64,000 nt of DNA from Phoronis australis (Eukaryota; Animalia; Phoronida), in assembly GCA_002633005.1 (NCBI GenBank), contig NMRA01000395.1, positions 3,804 through 67,803 on the forward strand, in the 5' to 3' direction. Below are positions 11,842-24,700 of this stretch, piece after piece; the first letter of the stretch is position 1; every line of letters begins with the position of its first letter. The notes beneath the pieces were generated by a model. That model searched no databases. It saw only the letters and a program-made list of their open reading frames with translations, and was not told the origin of the DNA. The position numbers and the translations under genes were made by a program.

Positions 11842-12084
11842 TGGACAATTCTCCCGAACCACCCCACCGAGAGAGGGTCCCGTCTGAAATAGGACACCTT
11901 AAGCTGAAATGCTAAGCATCATATCTAAGTTTAGAAAATAGTGACTGTTCATTCCATCGTCGTGTGATCCTGCAAAAAGAGACCTTCCTCAACATCAAAA
12001 CGATTTCACAAAAAACAAGAGAACAGAGGTAATCGATTCCAACATTGGACCCTCTCTCCGTGAGCGGTTCCTAAGAATTTGTCG
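11842..12084. repeat. Imperfect ~39-bp inverted repeat, probably part of a decayed foldback/MITE element
   Basis: tggacaattctcccgaaccaccccaccgagagagggtcc (11842-11880) is the near reverse complement of ggaccctctctccgtgagcggttcctaagaatttgtcga (12047-12084). Confidence 0.6.
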
Positions 12085-15049
12085 ATGAAAACACAAGGGT
12101 GGCCCTTTGAATGACATCAATGGCCCATTTAAGGGCTAGGTCCTTAATCATGATGAAAAGATCTATATTTTCAAAGATCAGGAAATGTGCAGCAATTGAT
12201 GTTGTCTGTCAGGTCATCAATTTTTCCCAAGTGATATACAATTTCGAGAAAAAACAACGAAAAATTGGGCAACAGTCTTCTCCATTATCCCTTGCTAGAG
12301 AGGGGTCGGTGGAAAAATATAGTTTTGCATTCGCAAATTTGTATTTTTGAATTGAAAATTTTCTCGATTTTTCAAAATACATGTTTGAATGATTAAGGTC
12401 ACGTTTTCAAGTGCGTTTAGACGATCTATGCTGCAAAAACATAGACCCTAACAACAATGTCCTGGCCAGGGTCCTCAAAGGGTAAACCATACACTGATAC
12501 TGAGTTTTCTCTCATATCATTGTTGTTCTCAATTAATCTGGTTTATTTTGAATTAAGCAGATCTGATCGTTACAATCAGACTCACAACAGTCGTAACCCA
12601 AATCAAGTATTTGCAATTTTGGAATGTCCACTTCGTCCATTCTCATGACCGAAAAATTTCAACGTCAAAAAAGTTATCAGGCCTAAGATTTTCATTCACT
12701 GATTTAACTTTCCACGAAATTGTACTTCTTTCAATACACTTGTACTACATTCAAACCGAACTTTTAACAAGACGTTGGGTGCATCATTGTAAAACGTTTA
12801 GTCAGGAGCGTCTCACACTGGAACAAACACACAGTGGCGGTGTGGCATCCATTAGCTGAGGTAAGTGGAAGGCTACATCCCTTCCCCTTAAAATGCCTCA
12901 GATCGTGTTGTTGTTTGTTATTGTCGAACGAATTTGTAGCGCAACCCAAAAGGGTTACATGGCAATCCAAAAAAGTGTTTTGGTGCCCCCAAATGTGCCT
13001 ATGCACACATCCCCAAAGGTCTTACTAGAGATGGCCTGGGCCCTCCCCCCTTCCACTTCACCAATGCAAAGAAATCCATGGAAAGACGTTTGTTGGAAAA
13101 GGACTTCACTGTCGCCTTTACCGTTACACAATTCTAATGGTATCAAACACTCAGTTTTTCCTTCTGATACACAAAAAGAAATGAGCTTTTGAAGTCATTT
13201 TGCTTGACATAATTTTTCAGTACTGATAATGGCATAATTTTGTTAAACATGAGGACAAAGTTGTGTGGAATAATGCGCATGCAAGGCGTAGGCCCTCGTT
13301 TTTTGCGAGCACGCTTCTTGTTTTAAGTTACTTGTTTGCCCATTAGTAGGTCCTAAATCGGGGTAGAGTTCAATAGTCGTCTCGCGGCGAGAAAAATCTA
13401 GTCAAAATCAAGTGCTCTCATTGAAAATACACTGGAAGTAATCTTGCGAAGTCTTGCCTTTTTAGCGGGTCCTGACTTTGTTTAATTCTACCATCGGTAG
13501 GGTTTAATAAAGATAAGACAATTTTAGGATATCACTAGAAAAGCAAAACTTGTGTATTTCAAATGAGGACACGTGATTTTTGCTAGATTTTTCTGGCCGC
13601 GAGACTGCTACTGTACTCTACCCTGGTGTGGTAGTTGAGAATGTCCCCCTACGGAACATGTCCCATATACCTGCATGTTGTCGAATGCTAGCATACAGGA
13701 CGTTATTCAGAGAATTACCTGGATGGTCCGTTCATGCAGACAGGAAATATTACAGAGGGCCATTCTTCACTTTCACACTGGCACTGAGCTCGTAAGATCT
13801 GTATCATTTGCCATTTTTGATATGAAATTAACCGATGTGGGTTCCCTGCAGTCAAGTGCTTAGTGGTTTCTGTCGTAAAGACGGCACAGCTGTAGGGCCA
13901 TTTACGAATCATGTCTACATGTACCTAGCTAACGCGATTATCATGGTTGAAGTAACATTTGACTTTCTGGCACAGCTGACCCGACGCAACCATGTATAAC
14001 AGACTTTGCGAATGGACTAAAATCAAGCAAACTCAAAATTTCTATAGCAGACACAACAAAACCAGAGACAACAATGAAATGCCCGACGTCGACGGCAGGA
14101 ATTTGATCCATATGAAAATCTAGTCGACGGCATTGAGTTTTTTGGAGGCATCACGCCTGACGGAATAATGGAAGCCGAGTAAATACAGTACTAACCGTGA
14201 AGAGTGGGGTGGCGTATAGCGTATAGTACAGTGTACATGTGCACTTTTTCAGCAAACTTCGACCGGATCTGACTGGTAACTCAGTTTACTTTTCGTTCAC
14301 ACAGATTCTGCTCAACTGCCAGAAAACTTACCTTCGGTTTGTGATTGTATTCTATTAATTTCATCTTTGTCTTTATTTGTTTATTGCTACGGTCTTTAGA
14401 GTTTCTGACCTGACTGGCCAGAGTCGGGGAAGAATCTTATGGAATGTTTCAGATAACATTTACCATCTCAACAGTAGAATCTCAGGCTGACAAGCGAAAT
14501 ACCGACTCAAGCTCATGAGCCAATCCCATGACAACAGCAGTGACAGGGAAGTGTCCTGATTACGGCTCAATAACAGCCACAATGGCACATGGCATATACC
14601 GTGGGGCTAGTGCAGTGCCGCAGCATAACCTTTACATGTACCAAACATTTGTCGCTTGTTCATTCACAGGAATATCGTATAATCCCTGTCGCGAGACAAA
14701 TATCTGAATTTGCCTCATCTTCTTCCAAATTCAAGAAACGTTAACAAGACACACCTCTAAGACAACATGTATAGCCCCGGACAAAAGGACGTCGAGGGGA
14801 GGGGATATCGTCTGGGGTGAAATTTTATATTTTTTTCAATGTTGATTGAGGTCGTATAGAGGGAGAGTAAAATCAAGAATTTTGAGTGTTCTGCCAAAAT
14901 ATGTGTTTTCCATGCGTTTGAAATATCAGCGACTTCAAGAGTGTGAACATGTTTGTTGACTAATTCACGCTTGATCATGTGCAGTTAGTCATGGCCTGTG
15001 AATTGGAAACATTGAACTTCAAATGTGAAGCACCGATCCAATTGGAAGG

Positions 15050-15450
15050 CCGCACTTCAAACGGGAAGGATCTACCTTCAGAAGGGCTCGAAAGGCAAAA
15101 AATGGGAATCACTGCACTTCAAAGGGCAAGGAACGGCGTTCAGACGGGTAGGACGGACCAAATAAAGGGAAGTGTTGGCACTTCAAATGTCAAAGAACGT
15201 CCTTGAGATGGGCAGGACGGACCAAAGAAACATGGCATTGAAAGGGGAAGATTTTACCTTCAGCTGTGTTCAATGAACCAATGAGTGGGCAAGACGGTAC
15301 TCTCAAATGGGAAGGATGACCTTCATATGAGGAGGTCGGATCAACGAAAGAGAAGAGCGATACATCAGGTGCAAATGACCTACCTTCAGATGGGTTCAAC
15401 GACGCATAAGAACAAAGGACAGCACTTTAAGGAACAACTTTCAGATGGGT
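15050..15450. repeat. Degenerate purine-rich minisatellite, ~63-bp unit built from ~21-bp subunits
   Basis: Recurrent cacttcaaa.gg.aagga, ccttcagatggg and ggacggaccaa. Confidence 0.6.
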
Positions 15451-16044
15451 TTAATGCCGGGGTCCAGGAATGGAAAGAAAAGACTTCTACGTGGGTTGGA
15501 CGGATTCAAAAATTACATCAATAGCTGACTTTTGAAATAGACGTGCTTCATATTGAAATTCACTAACCCGTCAGACTACAATCCGGTCTTTCATGGACAG
15601 GCGCTCGGCACCACCGACAGATCCCATTCAACGCAGACTGGAGGTTTTAACCTACTGGTATAAACAGCGTTGTGATTCAAAAAAATATAAAAAAATCACA
15701 TTGGTGGTCTGGTTTTCCATAAAGAGTGGCGTGTTGATTCACTGAAACTGCTGTGTACGTTCCACGCAACCATCATAAACAAACTACATGTATACTGTAT
15801 GTCAATAAGTCTGGGATGTGTTGTCCTCTCAAAATGCCCTGATTAACTTCTCAGACAGAAACCCTTAAAGCTTTTGATGTCCACCCGAATTCTGCTATCA
15901 TCAACTCTAAACGATTCTGTAAAACATGAAAACTAATTTGTTTGATTACACAAAATTCATCAAAACTTGTACGTAATTTTAAATAAACTTTAGGCTACAT
16001 TTTTACAAAAATGTAATGCAAGGCTTCATCCATCCAGGCATATC

Positions 16045-17170
16045 AACTGTGGAGTGAATTGAGTCGTCTCAAATTGGCTAACTTGATTAAAATGTCTAGA
16101 TCTTGGGGGACTCCTGTCCCCTTCACAGGAAAGATGGCAACTGCGTCCTGGTATAAGCTCTGCGTTGTGCGACAACTGGCTGATACTGTCTTCCCAAGCA
16201 GACGAGATCATGGATCTTACCCCACAGTTTTTGTTAGGGGAAGGATTGGGTGCTTTGACATATATGGCTTCTTTTATTCCTCTTTCATATCAGTTCTTTT
16301 CTCTACTCAGAATCTCAACATTGTCATTACTGAAGCTGTGAGCACATGAGTGATAATAAACCGCTGACGTGGTTCCCTCTCCTCAAACTTTTAAATTGAT
16401 ACATTCCCCTTTACAGCACCTGTTCCGTATCCCCGATACAATACTCTTTGCAACTTTCTCCCTCACAATGGATGACATACACTAGCTTGATCGTTGTACT
16501 TTTTGTCTTTGGGGTGAACAAATGTTTCCCTAGTGTTAACTGGGTGATGAGCAACACTTATATCGAGTACTCGACGAAGCCTCTGCAAGTGTTCAGGCAA
16601 ACCTTGAATGTATGATCATGAAATTGTGGATATCGGTTTACTGACTAGTGTCTCTGGGACACACTTCGGGCCTCAACGACGTATTTATAGCCCACTTGGG
16701 ATAACCACAGACACTTGGAAAATTGTTGATGTATTCTCTCCCCATAGTTTCGAATTACGGTCAGTGATGGTGGTACCAGCTCTAGGGTGGAGGGTCTTAA
16801 CCACTCTGAGTCACCTGATGGTATGAATCAAACAGTAAGTACTGGTCAATATGACTTTTCTTCCGAAACACATAACAATGTAAACTCAAAGTATCTCTTG
16901 ACCATACAGGGACGAAACCGGGGTAAAAGTGACCATAGGCCTTTATGTCAAAGCGCTCAATAGTTCCCTGAACAAACACGGTGGGGTAAGGTCCAAGATC
17001 TCGCCTGCTTGCAACGACAGTATCCGACAGGTGTTGCGCAACGCAAGAGCTCGTACCCGGACGCAGTTGCCATCTTCCTTTTGGAGGGGACGGGGCTCCC
17101 GAATATCTAGGACATATTTATTAAGTTTAATTAAGTAAGTCCAATTGAAACTATTCAATTGCGTCCACAA
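16045..17170 (-). mobile_element. Decayed 5'-truncated Penelope-like retroelement (RT C-terminus + GIY-YIG endonuclease) with an inverted pseudo-LTR
   Basis: Minus-strand fragments, with stops and frameshifts: VFRKKSHIDQYLLFDSYH, CGYPKWA, SYIQGLPEHLQR, HPVNTRETFVHPKDK, LVYVIHC..CKEYCIGDT, ILSREKN*YERGIKEAIYVKAPNPSPNK. 16935-17170 (+) is an inverted homologue of 16045-16270. Confidence 0.88.
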
Positions 17171-20100
17171 CAAGTGTTGTGGATAGGAATACCTGAGAAG
17201 GTCATTTTCAACTTCTGAAATGAAGTCATTGTCATCTCGATTTCACCAAATAAGCTTGCTGAGCCAAATAGCATTGAAAATATTTACTCAAAAATGTTTA
17301 AAAGTAGCTCGTATCCTCAAGTTTGAATTTCATTCTGATTTTAAAAGCATTGTGTAATATTTTAAGCAATTTAATTTGCAACATATGCTGTTTTTGTATT
17401 TCGTGGGAATTAATGACATTCTTCTGTGGCAACAGTTGACCAATCATATTGCAGACAAGATTGATTTCTGTGAAGGTCAGCCTGAATCATTTAATGTGTT
17501 CTTGGATGGAACATACTCAATTAATTGATACAATTTTATATGGAATGGATGAGGGTAAGACTAAGTGTGGTGATACTGAGCACATAGTGGAGTGTAAACA
17601 ATAAACATTTTACCAAAACTGAAAAGTTTACATTCGAAGTTGTATGCAGATTTTTTCACAAATCATTCTATAAGTATATCATGACAATAGGTTAAGAAAC
17701 AACCATTTGTCAGTAAAAGGGTGACCGCATCTAAAGTCACAAGAGTTTACCAGTGAGGGACGTGTCTCATTTTCTTTCTCTCCTCCTTTCCAGCTACATT
17801 TTGCCCCCGGGGAATGTCCATATAAGCAGGGTGTCGTGTTTCTAAGAATGTTTTGTGCTGTTACTGAAAACGTTAGCCGTAACTTCATTAAGATGTTAGC
17901 CCAAAGAACGGCGCACAGACTCAAAAGAATAGCAGTCTTACTCGAGAGCGTGCCCTATTTCTTAGTTTTCTTGGCTTATTGGTTCTTCGATAAAACAACA
18001 CTGCATGACACCATCTTAATGGCAGGCACTCATGAAGCAGCAAGCAAACAGGAGTGATTGTTTATCACAGATAAGGAGGAGGCTGAAGATTCATTTAATA
18101 ATAACATGTGAGATTGGTGAAATATGACTGACGCTGGTTGTAATGACGGCTGAGTCCGCAAAGGATATGGAAACTATACTACGTCGGCCTCAGAGTCTAC
18201 CAGACAGATACCTGGTCATTTGGAAGACAGGTCGAAAAAAATCCATAGGGCTTCAGCTTTTCCGTTTCTACCTACAAACCACTAGAACGCGGTACGGCGG
18301 CTCTCAAGGCAAAACGCTAATGAAACTTGCGAAGCAGTTACATGTACATATATGTCTCGGAAACAGGTACATGTATATGCGTTGGCGCAAAAGAGGAAAA
18401 CATTCACAATCAAGCTGCTCTCGGGCCGAGAGTGTCAGGCGAGAAGGCGCTAGTTTACTGAAATATTCTGGAGGATCTGGCTAAAGTTGTTCAAGTCGGG
18501 TAGCAACATGAATGACGTAAGCCCCTTGGGAACTAGGAAAAAGCAGGTGAGTGCGACAATGTAGAACTACGCACACGTTCAGTTTCCCGATTCGAGCAGT
18601 GAGTGGAATACGTGTTACATCAGTCAGTGATCTTTGAAGCGAGTTCAATGATGCCTGAGCGAAATGATCGTCACCAACACCATCGTCTTACTGTCGACAA
18701 CTTGTTCTCGTAATAACGACGTGTTCAGTTCTTCAAGTGAAAGGAGAGAATTCATGGGAAATTGTCCTAAGTTTAGAAAAAGTGCACGCGCGGAACTTGC
18801 AGTAGTAGAGAAAAGTCGAACAAAACTTGTGTCTACTGGAACATGCCGTACAATTGTTATGAACACACGCTAAGTCTTCCCGAAATTACTTGTAACGTGA
18901 CAATAACTCTCCTGTAAGTTGACTAGGGTATTTTAAATGCATGTTAATTACAGGCGTAGGAAATGGGGACGGGAAAGGAAGCCAAGCGCCGCCACTCATG
19001 GAACGAGTCTACGACTGACGAGCAACTGAGACTACAATATGTATGGCTCAGAGCGTGAGTTCGGAACGACAGCGGGAGGTGGGCGAAGAATGTGTGGAAG
19101 AGATGACAACCCCGAGGTTGGGCTCATATTTTCTTTCGCTCAATTAAAAGAAGTTTAGTATGCTTATGGGAATGTCTATATTTTTACGGCCTCCTTTCTC
19201 TCTTGGTACCGACGACAACCTTATGTCCCCTCTCTAACATGTAGAGCGTCTCAAGTGTTCAATTCAATGTGCCTGTAGTTGAAGCGGCGCTTACAATCTA
19301 AATTTAGGTGCATGCAACCGTGTTCGAAACAATGACCAAGTTCATTTTTAGAAATGATATATTATTTAGGATATAAAAAGTGCCATAATACGCAATTCAA
19401 ACACATACTACGACGATGGGTAACCAATCTACACCTCTGTCGAACTTTCCTTTCTCTGGAACAAGTTTCTCACAAGTAGCATTTCTATTCCCCTGTACCA
19501 CACATCATTCATGAGGACTGCATTTTATACACACCACGTAAAGTTTGCATAAAATTTTGTCATGAGAAAAGGAAGGTGTTCGTTCAAGAATATAGTAGTA
19601 CAAGTATCTGGTCAGAAAAGGTGCGTTTTCATATTACTAAAAAGATTGCTATGCACGAATGCAGATTATGTCCACGGTCAGTAAACGAAATTGATGCCAA
19701 CTTATGGCATGTGTGTGATTGGGGAAAACTGGCGGCACTTTGATGGAGAATAGGATTTTGGGGGTATGAAAAATATGTTGCTTGTCTCATTTCTACAGCG
19801 CAATAAAATATAACACGTATATTTCAAGTGAATTTATAAAAAGGATAATTTGGCACCCTAACTCGTCCACGCATGAAGTTCACGAATCAGTACCTCAGGA
19901 AATCAAACTTTACCATGTATACATGTAGGCAATAACTAAATATTTCTCTCCGTAACCAGATATGTACCACTCGCCACACTGAAAATGAATGAAGCCCGAT
20001 TCTTCCAATCAAATCAATCAATAAATAAATTAAATGACGCAATTATTAAATAACGGGTGGGAAAACAAATACAGTGCACGCCAACGGGACTGCACATTAT

Positions 20101-21724
20101 CAAATACAGACAACTGTATCACGCAGAGGTACAATAAGTTAATCACACTAAATGGAAAATCAAGGCAACATTTTCAAAGGTGTGTGCCTGAGAATGTCCG
20201 ATTAAATCACACGTCACTTCAATAGCCTGTGCAGTATCTATGAAGACGATGTATGCGATTTGAAACCGCCAAACAAACTTCCTAGAGCGGAAACCAACAA
20301 ATTGAAGATTATTTGGGAGGATCCAGTTCGGATCGACCGACAGAGTGATATTCATAACAAGTACCAACTTCTACTGAACATTAACGTGTTCTAGTTTCCA
20401 CATTGTTCGAGCATTACGTCGATTTATTGCGATCAGCGCGCCTCTTCAGGTGATAGTTACTAAAACTTAACACCCACAGGAACGACTGGCGGTTTGGATC
20501 TTGCCGGTGCCCACTCTCAGACGGTCTACGGGATGCACCCGTGATGCCAAGCTATTCCCAGCAGACGTGTCATTTTGATGTCCTAAAGAATGAAAGACAA
20601 AGAGTGAACTATACATGCAAGTGAAAATCGTATCATTCTTTACAGATTATGTAGGACCCTAGAAAAATGTTCACGCACATTTGTCTCACTTCTCGGAACA
20701 TCTCAGGAATGGCTAATCGGAATCATATCAAGCATTCAGATAACATTCTTTACTCACTGCTCTGCAACACAACATTAGGAGTTGTTTTTAAAGAGTTCCA
20801 TTTAGTATGAGTGGCTATCAAAAAGAACTTTTTCATTTTTACGAAAACAAGTTGAATAACACGAAAGCGAAATGATAATCCAGGAAACTGTAACATGGCT
20901 TTCGAGGTTTCATTTTGAAAATTCATGTCAACCGAAATTAGATCTTGTTATTCATACCACTTCTTTGATATGGACGTACTTCCTTTTTTGTTTCAATTTT
21001 TACTGACAATGTATGGTCATGTGACCCAATTAATGCAACCTTAATAAACAGCCATATATGAATCCTACTTTCAGGAAAAAAACTTTTACTTTGTGTTATA
21101 CATAGTTTTGTAGGTAATAGGCAAACTACACGGACATGTCTATAGGGCCCTACACAACCTTAAAGAGCGTAACTAGCACCCGAAAATATGGACGTTACAA
21201 TCGATGAATTCAATTCTATCAAAATTGCAATTCCTAACAACCCTCCCCTTGAACTGGTCACAGACGCAAGGTAAAATGTCATTCGCTATGTAAAGCAAAG
21301 GGTTTCGTTGAACGCTTATCTGATCCGGATGGTATGGAAGTTTTTGCTTTGTGAAACTCGCTACAGGCAGTGTTTCACAAAACATCAACCAGGCTCAGCA
21401 AATACCCTTTCCATGAACACCAAACCCTTACCACACACGATCTTCAGTGCAATGATCCTTAGTATGTTTGATGTATATGTGCCTGTGCGTGGTTGCTGTT
21501 CAACCCCTGTGGTAAGGGGCTACTCATGCATGGTACAATGTTGGTGCTTTGCCGGAAAGTGGAAACGGTTCCGCACCCGTGGAAAAGTTCAAACTTCGCG
21601 GTAAGTATTCTGTGACCCACGGTAAGCATTCACTTATCACCACGGCCTGGTGTTGAGTGCCGTTCGGTCTTGTATACAACTCGCCGTGTAAATGTATCAA
21701 CATACCGCGGTTCATTCAGCTGCT

Positions 21725-21787
21725 TCATTTCTTTGCACCAAACTTGAATTTTCTGAATAAACTCTTCCCTTTGTCGGTTCTTGATGC
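21725..21787 (-). CDS. Probable terminal coding exon (ASRTDKGKSLFRKFKFGAKK*)
   Basis: tcttggtag acceptor, phase 0. The basic peptide resembles the preceding tail. Confidence 0.6.
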   Translation of the reverse strand, partial: ASRTDKGKSLFRKFKFGAKK

Positions 21788-24700
21788 CTACCAAGATACA
21801 AAAGGTATGTGTTTGGATTGACTATTTATGCAAAAACACATCTGAATTTCCAATAATTTAGACCAACACCAGAACTTTATACTGTGGAGACACTATCCAA
21901 GTGCCGAGTGTGAACTCCTTTCCTGAGCGTTCAATGACTTTTAACAACACCGTTTAAATATAATATAAAGCGCCTGACGTGTAAATTATTTAGGAGAATA
22001 CAACAGTACCAAATCGTGGTAAACAATCATAGCATATATTGCATGGTAATCCTGCGAAAAAAAGCGTTTATGAAGAACGCCCACGCTCGAAATATTCGGT
22101 TTAATATGATTTTACGTATTACACAGTCTCTTTACACATTCAAACAACTAATATCTCCCAGAAACGCTACTGACAAACATTTGGACCTTTGTTTCAATAG
22201 TTCCCTGATGGACATGTTTATATTTAGAGTCACGAATCGTGCTATTTACAGGTAGGCATCTAGGAAACTTACCAAATCTTCTTCGGAGGCATATCTTCTT
22301 ATTTCAGCTGTCGGCTGTGTTTCTGGTGCAGAAGACGTTTCTAGGCTACTAGAACGTTTGAAAAGCGATCGTTTTGAACTTTTGACAACCTGCGCAGACT
22401 TTTCAACGGACTTCTGTGATACAGATGGTCCGGGAAGCGACGACTCGTCCAAACTATGAGACTTCTGGAGAAGTTTCTTTCCTTTTGACTTGCTCGACTT
22501 TGGTGCGGCGGGACCTGGCGATTCACTACGCCCACGTTCGCTCTGAGTTTCTGCAGAATAGTCCTTGCGATTCTTTTTGCCGAAATTCAGACTCAAAAAA
22601 TTGTCAAGGAATTTTTTTCTAGATGACGTGGGACTTGGTTTCGTGAGACCACCTTTGGCAGATGTTTCGAGATGGTCACGTAAATCTTTTACCGGACTGG
22701 AGCGCGAGTGTTTTGTCAGTGGAAGCGTCGAAGGCCTGTTCGTGGCTGCAGCAGAGGTAAGAGGTTGTCCTAAATTAGCATTATGGTCGGACTTCCGCTG
22801 TTCGCTTACAGGTGATCGATCGGTTTTCGATGGACTTTGATTTCCACTAGACGGCTTTTTCCAGTCATTTATTGTAGACCACAGTTGAGCTGAGGAGGGG
22901 GTGTCGACTGAAAGCCCTTTGATGAACCCCGTACCTGCTCTAAAAGAACTTCGAGGAGATGGCGAACCGGATTGCGAGGATTTTGAGAAAATGATACTAG
23001 GCGGTGGATCCGGGTATCTGGGAGGAGGTGCCTTCAAAGGCGAGTATATTGGGAACTGCCTTGTAGACGTGCTTGTGCTATACAATCCGTTGCTGAAACC
23101 CTCCAATGAGCTAGGTCGACTTCCTCTCGTTTTTATCTCTATGGTTGGGCTGCAATTGAAGAGATTGTTTCTCAAAATAACCATGGCTATTTCATTTAAA
23201 TACACGTATGTGTATTACACTGTAACTTCGCATACCGGTAGGTTTAAAATGCTGCTTGTAACCACAAACTTGTGAAATGCAGACGAAGCGTCAAATAAGG
23301 CACAGCGCTCTGCTGCCTTAGCACCAATTGAAATTATTGTTATTATTATAGATAATAAAAGAAACTCACAATGTTTTCTCTTGCTGTCTTCGGGTTTCAA
23401 GGTCAGATACCAGCTTCTTAATCTGAGATGTAATCTATAATTAAGAATGAAACAACTACTTCAGCAACAGTTATAAGCCGTTGTCAGGTGCGCAAATTCG
23501 ATACATTATTCGTCAGTTTCCGTACGACGTTATCATGCACAAATACAAATACAAGCACAAACCATAATTTGAAAAAATGAACTATTTATGCATAACCCCA
23601 TTAAACTATGGTGCTCTAACGCCTTGGCAATCGTCTCTATCATAACCACGTTCATTTCATTAAATCTTCGAGTCTTGTATTCTTCAAAAATTCGTAAACG
23701 TCTAGACCACTCTCCAATTGGCCAATACTTCTCCCATGTGCTCGAACTGAAACTACACTCGTTCGCAAGATCTGGTACGCGTCACATCTAGGGTCACTCA
23801 ACTAATGGTGACCTCAAGCAATGTACAATGTACATGTTGATGAGATTTCATTGAGACACAATCCCGCAACCGAAATTTTCTCTCTCCGCCTTTCGTGTAC
23901 TTTGAAATCTGCGACCGTAATGTGAGTGAAGACCTATACCATCTAAGGAAAGTTGGATGTAAATCACAATTCTACATATACAGTAGCCTTTCCACGAATG
24001 TTTCAACTAATCTGTGTTAATTCAACTTCCCACGGGTAAGCAATATTAGTATTCCACTGTTTTTTGCCAAAAAACGATAAAAACTCCGATTGTTACATGT
24101 CTCATTAAATTGTGAATATGCAAACGAAGTACTAGTTTACAAACAACCCCCGGTCTTCTGGTGTGAAGGAAACCATCCGAGAACTAGTTAGCATTACAAT
24201 CTCGCTTCAGTCTCGTTTGCAAGACTATTTTCATGCAAATGAGTATGGTAATGTGTCATCTTTACCCTAATAAAACATGGCACAGATTTTATTATTTGTT
24301 CATTTCACTGGCAAATAACGATTTTCGTGTAAAGGAAATACAGGTACCTCACAGTGGTTGTTTTCTAAAGGTTTCTTTTTTTCCTCTTCTGCGTCCTTGA
24401 TGAGCTTTAACTAAAACGCAAAATACATTGAATACGTACAGTTTGTATAGATGGCCGACGTAGAGAAAAATTAACACAGGTTGTTGCTTAGCAACTAAGC
24501 ACATTGCATTCAGGATCTGGCAATACGCGTGCAAGAAGGTACCGAAAGAAATGTCAACGGTCAATATGAGACCATTAACTGGGTCAACTTGCAGCGTCTA
24601 GCAGAGCGTACACTGGAAATCGACCTGTGGCAAAATCTTCAAAGGTCTATAACATGTTCCAACGTGGGTAGACGATGCAAGGGAGAATCGAGTGAATGAG

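Noticed and set aside
15850-17280. Hammerhead ribozyme in the Penelope pseudo-LTRs
   Set aside because: Only degenerate ctgagaag/gatgaag cores were seen; I could not build CTGAnGA...GAAA with paired stems.
18140-19120. Possible plus-strand pseudo-exons (death-effector-like fragment)
   Set aside because: Multiple stops, no consistent phase chain, and the resemblance is too weak to support.
22416-23275. Plus-strand ORFs overlapping coding exons (also 31676-32226, 37330-37647, 45146-45475)
   Set aside because: Antisense shadows of real minus-strand coding sequence.
23588-23750. Extra SOGA/MTCL exon at the acceptor near 23747
   Set aside because: Phase-0 reading stops after 14 codons; exon 23434-23370 already provides the needed phase switch.
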